From Alkalilimnicola ehrlichii MLHE-1 (GTDB lineage: Bacteria > Pseudomonadota > Gammaproteobacteria > Nitrococcales > Halorhodospiraceae), in NCBI RefSeq assembly GCF_000014785.1, contig NC_008340.1, positions 1,920,001 through 1,952,000 on the forward strand: a stretch of 32,000 nt of DNA, read 5' to 3'. The notes beneath the pieces were generated by a model. The model did no database searches. It was not told the origin of the DNA and saw nothing but the letters and a program-made list of their open reading frames with translations. Positions 26,242 through 32,000 of this stretch are shown here, piece by piece (within the stretch, counting starts at the first letter, position 1; each line of letters opens with the position of its first letter). The position numbers and the translations under genes are program-made.

Positions 26242-28956
26242 ATGAATACAAGCATCCAACCCCCACGGCAGCCGGGCGAGGTGCACACCACCTGCCCCTA
26301 TTGTGGCGTCGGTTGCGGCGTGCTCGCCCGGATGGACAAGGACAACCGGGTGCATGTCCGGGGCGACCCGGAGCACCCCGCCAACTTCGGCCGCCTCTGC
26401 TCCAAGGGGGCGGCCCTGGGCGAAACCACCGGTCTCAATGGCCGGCTGTTGCACCCCCGGGTCCATGGTCAGCGCACCGACTGGGACACCGCGCTTGCGA
26501 CCGTGGCCGACGGCCTCAACCGGGTCATCCGGCGCGACGGGCCCGAGGCGGTTGGCTTCTACGTCTCGGGCCAGCTCCTCACCGAGGACTACTACGTCGC
26601 CAACAAGCTAATGAAGGGCTACATCGGCTCGGCGAACATCGACACCAATTCCAGGCTCTGCATGGCCTCTTCGGTCGCAGGCCACATTAGGGCCTTTGGT
26701 GAGGATCTGGTGCCCGGCTGTTACGAAGACCTGGAACGCGCCGACCTGGTGGTCCTCACCGGTTCCAACCTGGCCTGGTGCCACCCGGTGCTCTATCAAC
26801 GCCTGGAGGCGGCGCGGGCAAGGCGTCCCGGCATGCGAGTGGTGGTGATCGACCCGCGCGAGACTGAGACCGCCGCGCAGGCCGATCTCCACCTGCCCCT
26901 GCGCCCCGGCAGTGACGTGGCACTGTGGAACGGACTATTCCGCCGTTTGGTGGAGACCGACCAGATCCACCGCGATATCCGCCCGGAGACGGAAGCCGCC
27001 GACAGCAACCTCAAGCGAATACTGCACGAGGCAGGCGACGCCGACGCCGTCGCCAGCGCCTGCGACTTGAATCCCCGCGCCCTGCACCTGTTCTACGACT
27101 GGTTCGCCGGCACCGAACGCACGGTCAGCGTATACTCCCAGGGCGTTAACCAGTCCAGTCAGGGCACCGACAAAGTCAATGCGATCATCAACGTCCACAT
27201 CCTTACCGGACGCCTGGGGCGTCCCGGTTGCGGCCCCTTCTCGGTAACCGGTCAGCCCAATGCCATGGGCGGTCGCGAGGTGGGGGGCCTCTCTAACCAG
27301 TTGGCCGCCCATATGGGCTTTTCTCAGGGGGACCGGATTCGGGTTCAACGCTACTGGGACTCGCCCCGAATCGCCCGACAACCCGGCATGAAGGCGGTAG
27401 AGCTATTTCGTGCCGCCGCCCAAGGCCGCGTCAAAGCGCTCTGGATTATGGCCACCAACCCAGTGGTCAGCCTTCCCGACGCCGACCTGGTGAAACGCGC
27501 GCTCGCACGCTGCGAGCTGGTCGTGGTTTCCGACTGTATCGCCAACACGGATACGACCGGCTATGCCCACGTGCTTATGCCCGCTGCGGCCTGGGGTGAA
27601 AAGAGCGGTACGGTGACCAACTCAGAGCGGTGCATCTCACGCCAACGCGCCTTCCGTACGCCGGCCGGCGAGGCCCGCCCCGACTGGTGGATCATCAGTC
27701 AAGTAGCCCGCCTGATGGGGTTTGATCGCGGCTTCGCGTACGGGAGTCCGCGGGAGATATTCGACGAGCACGCCCGACTGACCGCGGTGCACAACCCTGG
27801 CCCCGGAATGGGCGGCCGGACACTTCACCTAGGGGCGCTGGCCGGAATGAACGCCAAACAGTGGGACACCCTGCAGCCTGTTCAATGGCCGTGTCCCGGC
27901 CCGGGCCTCGACACCGCCGGGCCAGGGCGGGGCACCCAGCGCCTTGCCACCAACGGAGGACTGCCCACGGAGGATGGCCACCCCCGCCTGCACCCGGTGT
28001 GCGCCGAAACACCAGGAAACACGCCAGATGCCCGATTCCCGCTTGTTCTCAACACCGGGCGGACGCGTGATCACTGGCACACGCTCACGCGCACCGGCCT
28101 GTCCGTCAGTCTGAGCACCCATCAGCCGGAACCCCGGTGCGACCTGCACCCCGAGGACGCCACACGCTTCGGCCTGGCGGACGGCCACCTGGTGCGGGTA
28201 CGCAGCGCCTGGGGCAGCGTTCTGCTGCGAGCCCGATACCAGACCGGTCAGCGCCGGGGCGAACTCTTCGTGCCCATGCACTGGAACGACTGCTATGCCG
28301 CGCAGGCGCGCATCGGCGCGGTGGCCAACCCGATCACCGATCCGATATCCGGTCAGCCAGAGTTGAAACACACCCCGGTCGCTGTGGAGGCCGTGCCCGC
28401 CGCGGCCTACGGCTTTGTGCTCAGCAGGGCGGACGACCTGCCGCCACCCGAGACGGCCTACTGGGTTCGGATCAACGGGCACGCTCATCAGCGGTTCGTG
28501 TTCGCCTCCACCGAGGCCCCTGACAGCTGGCGCGATTGGGCGGGCCGTTGGCTTGGTACGGAGGGGACCGTGGTGGAAATGGCCGACCGTGCCCGGGGCG
28601 TCTACCGATTTGCCCGGCTGGTGGACGACCGGCTGGTGGCGTGCCTGTTCATCGCCGCCGACCCCGCCGCCCTGCCCGGCTGCGACTGGCTTGCAGGGCT
28701 GCTGGACAATAACCGCCCCCTCGGCGCCGAGGAACGCCTCGCTCTGCTGGCCGGCCGCCCTGCCGGTGAAGCCGAGACCGGCGAGACCGTCTGCGCCTGC
28801 TTCGGTGTCGGCGAGAGAATCATCGAATCCGCGGTGGCCGCCGGGGCTCACGATACCGAGGCGGTGACCCGCCACTGCAAGGCGGGGGGCTACTGCGGCA
28901 GTTGCCGGCCCGCGATCAACGCCATCATCCAACGCCTGGCGCGCAGTGCCGCCTGA
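26242..28956 (+). CDS. nasA: Assimilatory nitrate reductase catalytic subunit (molybdopterin oxidoreductase) with a C-terminal BFD-like [2Fe-2S] domain
   Basis: 904 aa. N-terminal [4Fe-4S] motif TTCPYCGVGCGV...C. No Tat signal, so cytoplasmic. C-terminal CAC...CGSC (28789-28953). Starts 3 nt after nirD. Confidence 0.9.
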   Translation: MNTSIQPPRQPGEVHTTCPYCGVGCGVLARMDKDNRVHVRGDPEHPANFGRLCSKGAALGETTGLNGRLLHPRVHGQRTDWDTALATVADGLNRVIRRDGPEAVGFYVSGQLLTEDYYVANKLMKGYIGSANIDTNSRLCMASSVAGHIRAFGEDLVPGCYEDLERADLVVLTGSNLAWCHPVLYQRLEAARARRPGMRVVVIDPRETETAAQADLHLPLRPGSDVALWNGLFRRLVETDQIHRDIRPETEAADSNLKRILHEAGDADAVASACDLNPRALHLFYDWFAGTERTVSVYSQGVNQSSQGTDKVNAIINVHILTGRLGRPGCGPFSVTGQPNAMGGREVGGLSNQLAAHMGFSQGDRIRVQRYWDSPRIARQPGMKAVELFRAAAQGRVKALWIMATNPVVSLPDADLVKRALARCELVVVSDCIANTDTTGYAHVLMPAAAWGEKSGTVTNSERCISRQRAFRTPAGEARPDWWIISQVARLMGFDRGFAYGSPREIFDEHARLTAVHNPGPGMGGRTLHLGALAGMNAKQWDTLQPVQWPCPGPGLDTAGPGRGTQRLATNGGLPTEDGHPRLHPVCAETPGNTPDARFPLVLNTGRTRDHWHTLTRTGLSVSLSTHQPEPRCDLHPEDATRFGLADGHLVRVRSAWGSVLLRARYQTGQRRGELFVPMHWNDCYAAQARIGAVANPITDPISGQPELKHTPVAVEAVPAAAYGFVLSRADDLPPPETAYWVRINGHAHQRFVFASTEAPDSWRDWAGRWLGTEGTVVEMADRARGVYRFARLVDDRLVACLFIAADPAALPGCDWLAGLLDNNRPLGAEERLALLAGRPAGEAETGETVCACFGVGERIIESAVAAGAHDTEAVTRHCKAGGYCGSCRPAINAIIQRLARSAA

Positions 28957-28970
28957 GTGATCACGTCAGA

Positions 28971-28987
28971 TGCACCACTCTGGCACG
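28971..28987. promoter_or_regulatory. Possible NtrC-type enhancer site TGCACCA-CTC-TGGCACG upstream of the nrtA sigma-54 promoter
   Basis: The left half matches the NtrC consensus TGCACCA exactly; the right half matches 4 of 7. It lies about 100 nt upstream of the -24 element. A second isolated TGCACCA occurs at 29015-29021. Confidence 0.3.
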
Positions 28988-29078
28988 CGTTTATCGCAAC
29001 CCGCCATAATGCAGTGCACCATAAAATGAACCTCGGCTTGCAGGCTCTTTAAAACAACAAGTTACAGAGAAATCCTTT

Positions 29079-29094
29079 TGGCACTAATATTGCT
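29079..29094 (+). promoter_or_regulatory. Sigma-54 (-24/-12) promoter for the nrtAB-ATPase unit
   Basis: TGGCACTAATATTGCT is a perfect TGGCAC-N5-TTGC. It sits in an AT-rich region 166 nt upstream of the nrtA ATG. Confidence 0.75.
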
Positions 29095-29106
29095 TACTAG
29101 GAGATA

Positions 29107-29192
29107 GGATGCAACGGTGCATCCACCTTTCATAAGCCCGCACGGTGGGCGGCAGGTCACGAGTGCCTGCCAATGTGGATAAAGGCGTCCAC
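29107..29192 (+). promoter_or_regulatory. nrtA leader RNA hairpins, including a hexaloop hairpin that overlaps the terminator
   Basis: Hairpins: GGATGC-AACGGT-GCATCC (29107-24); GGCAGG...CCTGCC (29151-71); GTGGAT-AAAGGC-GTCCAC (29175-92). Confidence 0.5.
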
Positions 29193-29235
29193 GCACAACG
29201 GCTCAAAGAGCCATGGTGCGTGGGCGTTTTTTTTT
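29184..29235 (+). terminator. Intrinsic terminator inside the nrtA leader (attenuator)
   Basis: CCACGCAC (29189-96) pairs with GTGCGTGG (29216-23), extended by GCGT/GCGT with G-U pairs. There is an inner GGCTC-AAA-GAGCC stem, followed by a run of nine T (29227-35). It lies 24 nt upstream of the nrtA ATG. Confidence 0.75.
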
Positions 29236-29258
29236 GCGATTGATAATGAGGTTTGACA

Positions 29259-30662
29259 ATGGACAAGGACCATGAAAAGCGCCTGAACCGGCGCAGCTTT
29301 CTGAAGACCGGGGGGCTCCTCAGTGGCGCGGCACTGATGGGCATGGTAGCGCCCGGCGTGCGCACCGGCGCCTGGGCCGGGGGAAGTGACGGCCTGGAAG
29401 TGACCCGGGTAGCCCTGGGGTTCATTCCGCTGACCGATTGCGCCCCCCTGGTCATTGCCCGTGAAAAGGGCTTCTTCCAGGCGCACGGCCTCGACGTGCA
29501 GGTGTCGAAGGAAGCCTCCTGGGCCAACATCCGTGACAAGGTCTCCGTCGGTGCATTGGATGGCGGCCACATGCTGGCGGGCATGCCCATCGCCTCCACC
29601 CTCGGCGTGGGCGCCACCCGCACCCCCATGGTCACCGGCTTCAGCATGGACCTGAACGGCAATGCCATTACGGTCTCGAACGCGCTCTACGACCGCATGA
29701 TGGAGGCCGATCCCGAGGCGATGCAGGAACGCCCCATCACTGCTCGGGCCCTCAAAAAGGTCATCGACCAGGACAAGGCGGCCGGTCGGGCACCACTGAC
29801 CTTCGCAATGGTCTTCCCCGTCTCCACACACAACTACGAGCTGCGCTACTGGATGGCCGCCGCAGGCATCAACCCCGACGAAGATGTCCGGCTGGTGGTC
29901 ATCCCACCACCGCAGATGGTGGCCAACCTGCGGGCCCGGAACATGGATGGCTACTGTGTGGGTGAACCTTGGAACATGCGCGCCGTAGACATGGGGATCG
30001 GCAAGGTGCTGGTCACCAACTATGAGATCTGGAACAACAACCCGGAAAAAGTGCTCGGCCTAACGGAAGAATGGGTTGAGAAACACCCCAATACCCACAG
30101 AGCCTTGCTGCAGGCATTGATCCAGACCAATAAGTGGATGGACGAGCCCGAGAACCGCGAGGAGGTCGTGGACATCATCTCCCGCCGGGCCTACGTCAAC
30201 GCACCACCCCATGTGGTGGGCATGTCTATGAAGGGCACACTGCAGTTCCAGCGGGACGAGAAGCCGCGCCCGTTCCCGGATTTCAACGTCTTCCACCGAT
30301 ATGCCGCCACCTACCCGTGGCGCTCCCACGCCGTCTGGTTCCTGACCCAGATGGTGCGTTGGGGTCAGCTACGCGAGCCGGAGGATCTGCTCAAAGTCGC
30401 CGAGCGGGTCTACCGGCCCGACCTTTATCGTGAGGCCGCCCGTGCCGTGGGCGAGCCCTACCCCACCATCGATTACAAAAGCGAAGGCACGCGGGATAAG
30501 CCTTGGACCCTCCAGGAGGCCAGCCACCCCATTGAGATGGGGCCGGACCGCTTCCTCGATGGCCGCACTTTCGACCCCCGGGATGTCATGGCTTACCTGG
30601 AAGGCTTTGATGTGCACTCCCGGGCCCTGAGCCTGCCGCAACTGGCCGAATTGAACGGCTGA
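29259..30662 (+). CDS. nrtA: Nitrate/nitrite ABC transporter periplasmic substrate-binding protein (NrtA/CmpA/NasF type)
   Basis: Tat-type signal LNRRSFLKTGGLLSGAALMG. The conserved GFIPLTDCAPLVIAREKGFF and YCVGEPWN motifs are present. ATG at 29259 follows GAGG. Confidence 0.88.
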   Translation: MDKDHEKRLNRRSFLKTGGLLSGAALMGMVAPGVRTGAWAGGSDGLEVTRVALGFIPLTDCAPLVIAREKGFFQAHGLDVQVSKEASWANIRDKVSVGALDGGHMLAGMPIASTLGVGATRTPMVTGFSMDLNGNAITVSNALYDRMMEADPEAMQERPITARALKKVIDQDKAAGRAPLTFAMVFPVSTHNYELRYWMAAAGINPDEDVRLVVIPPPQMVANLRARNMDGYCVGEPWNMRAVDMGIGKVLVTNYEIWNNNPEKVLGLTEEWVEKHPNTHRALLQALIQTNKWMDEPENREEVVDIISRRAYVNAPPHVVGMSMKGTLQFQRDEKPRPFPDFNVFHRYAATYPWRSHAVWFLTQMVRWGQLREPEDLLKVAERVYRPDLYREAARAVGEPYPTIDYKSEGTRDKPWTLQEASHPIEMGPDRFLDGRTFDPRDVMAYLEGFDVHSRALSLPQLAELNG

Positions 30663-30672
30663 GGAGACGCTC

Positions 30673-31608
30673 ATGGTTGCCAACACTTACGATATCAGCG
30701 CCTCTACCGCCGACAGGCGGTCTGAGGAGGCCACCACCAGGCCTTTGGCCCGTTCCGCCGCTGCCGACACACGGCGTCCCACCGCGGACGTAGCACCCGT
30801 AGAATGCCGGCGCTGGGAACAGATGGTCGCAAGCCTGCAAACCGTTACCCGGTTGGTCACGCTACCCACCCTGACCTTCCTGATCGTACTCGCGGTTTGG
30901 GCAACGACCCAGAGCACCGTTGCGCCGGACCTGCCCACCGTGGGCGAAACGTGGCAGCGGGCCGTCACGCTTTTCTCCGACCCCTTTTACGACTATGGCC
31001 CCAACGACATGGGCATCGGCTGGCAGGTGACCTACTCGCTGGGCCGGGTGCTCGGCGGGTTCTTCCTGGCGTTGCTCGTGGGCATTCCAGTCGGGCTGAT
31101 GATGGGCACCAGCGAAGTCTGTCGGCGCGCCTGGGGGCCACTGATCCAGATCCTGCGCCCGGTCAGCCCGCTGGCCTGGCTGCCCATCGGCCTGCTGCTC
31201 TTCCGGGCGGTGGACCCCTCGGCCATCTTTGTGATCTTCATCACCAGCATATGGCCCATCATCCTGAACACCTCCGCGGGCGTACAGGCGATTCCACGGG
31301 ACTACATGAATGTCTCCCGCGTCCTTCAGTTGAACCGCCTCGAGATCACCCGAAAAATCCTGCTGCCGGCGGCACTGCCTCACATGCTCACCGGCATGCG
31401 CCTCTCCCTAGGTATCGCCTGGATGGTCATTGTGGCCGCGGAGATGCTCACCGGTGGGATCGGTATCGGCTTTTTCGTCTGGGACGAGTGGAACAACCTC
31501 AATGTCGCCTCGATTCTCGTGGCCATTCTGGTCATCGGTCTCGTGGGCATTGCCCTGGATACCGTCATGAATCTGGTCCAGCGCCGCCTGGACTACACCC
31601 AGCGCTGA
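30673..31608 (+). CDS. nrtB: Nitrate/nitrite ABC transporter permease (NrtB/NasE type)
   Basis: Polytopic BPD-type permease, with the EAA-like loop region ...VLQLNRLEITRKILLPAALPHM. GAGGAG lies 6 nt before the ATG at 30673. There is a ~50-aa hydrophilic N-terminal extension. Confidence 0.85.
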   Translation: MVANTYDISASTADRRSEEATTRPLARSAAADTRRPTADVAPVECRRWEQMVASLQTVTRLVTLPTLTFLIVLAVWATTQSTVAPDLPTVGETWQRAVTLFSDPFYDYGPNDMGIGWQVTYSLGRVLGGFFLALLVGIPVGLMMGTSEVCRRAWGPLIQILRPVSPLAWLPIGLLLFRAVDPSAIFVIFITSIWPIILNTSAGVQAIPRDYMNVSRVLQLNRLEITRKILLPAALPHMLTGMRLSLGIAWMVIVAAEMLTGGIGIGFFVWDEWNNLNVASILVAILVIGLVGIALDTVMNLVQRRLDYTQR

Positions 31609-31625
31609 ACAGGGGAGAAGACATC

Positions 31626-32000
31626 ATGAATAGCTACCTGAGCCTCGAAGGCATCGACATGAGTTTCGACACCCCGCGCGGCAAGTTGGAGGTGTTGCGC
31701 AGCGTCGATCTACGGATTCAGAAAGGGGAGTACACATCGATCATCGGCCATTCCGGCTGCGGCAAATCCACGGTACTGAATATCGTGGCCGGTCTGCTGC
31801 AGGCGACCCGCGGGGGGGTGCTGCTGGACAACCGGGAGGTGAACAGCCCCGCCCCGGACCGCGCGGTGGTATTCCAGAATCACTCGCTGCTCCCCTGGCT
31901 GACGGTCTACGACAACGTGCGCTTGGCCGTGGACAAGGTTTTCGCGACAGATAGCGCCGTCCGGCGCCACGAACGCACCATGGAGAAGCTCGAACTGGTG
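31626..32000 (+). CDS. Nitrate/nitrite ABC transporter ATP-binding protein (NrtC/NrtD/NasD type); 3' end truncated by the window edge
   Basis: MNSYLSLEGIDMSF..., Walker A GHSGCGKST, and VVFQNHSLLPWLTVYDNV. Follows nrtB after 17 nt. Confidence 0.85.
   Translation, partial: MNSYLSLEGIDMSFDTPRGKLEVLRSVDLRIQKGEYTSIIGHSGCGKSTVLNIVAGLLQATRGGVLLDNREVNSPAPDRAVVFQNHSLLPWLTVYDNVRLAVDKVFATDSAVRRHERTMEKLELV

Noticed and set aside
28957-28964. Palindrome GTGATCAC immediately after the nasA stop codon.
   Set aside because: An 8-bp palindrome is expected by chance at this scale, and it has no partner site or structural context.
28981-28997. TGGCACGCGTTTATCGC, which looks like a sigma-54 -24 element upstream of nrtA.
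   Set aside because: The GC dinucleotide is 2 nt out of register with the GG (14 nt instead of 12), so it is not a functional -24/-12 geometry. The properly spaced promoter is at 29079-29094. This TGGCAC is better read as the right half of the NtrC-like dyad.

Overview
High-GC (roughly two-thirds G+C by eye) proteobacterial chromosome, densely coding and mostly core metabolism. By gene content it looks like a gammaproteobacterial sulfur oxidiser, possibly Ectothiorhodospiraceae or Thioalkalivibrio-like; this is inference only.

Gene order, left to right:
- 3' end of a DmsC-type molybdoenzyme membrane anchor, then a NapC/NirT tetraheme cytochrome.
- A long same-strand run: cysG (siroheme synthase), a rhodanese, soxY, soxZ, then the complete System I cytochrome c maturation operon ccmABCDEFGHI.
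- Minus-strand DUF218/YdcF-like gene and dacB (PBP4).
- A UvrD/Rep-family helicase.
- A minus-strand unit: sigma-54 response regulator, membrane sensor kinase, AI-2E family transporter.
- cysB.
- A 249-aa Trp-rich protein with a basic low-complexity tail.
- serS.
- An assimilatory nitrate/nitrite cluster: nirB, nirD, nasA, then nrtA, nrtB and a truncated ABC ATPase.

I found no tRNA, rRNA, CRISPR array, IS element or obvious phage or defence module by eye, and I cannot point to a clearly novel protein system.

The strongest signal not explained by the ORF track is regulatory. The nirB and nrtA units are each preceded by the same architecture:
- a near-consensus sigma-54 promoter;
- a leader of about 85 nt rich in alternative hairpins;
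- a shared 14-nt block, GGATAAAGGCGTCC, that can fold into a hexaloop hairpin with compensatory stem changes between the two copies;
- a strong intrinsic terminator that overlaps that hairpin.

This is the pattern expected for NtrC plus ANTAR-type (NasR/NasT-like) antitermination control, yet no ANTAR regulator gene lies in the window.

Secondary points are a SoxY whose carrier arm ends in ...GAAGC instead of the canonical GGCGG, soxYZ lying 4 nt upstream of ccmA, and the uncharacterised Trp-rich protein.

All calls come from reading the translations and sequence by eye. No database search or folding program was run.
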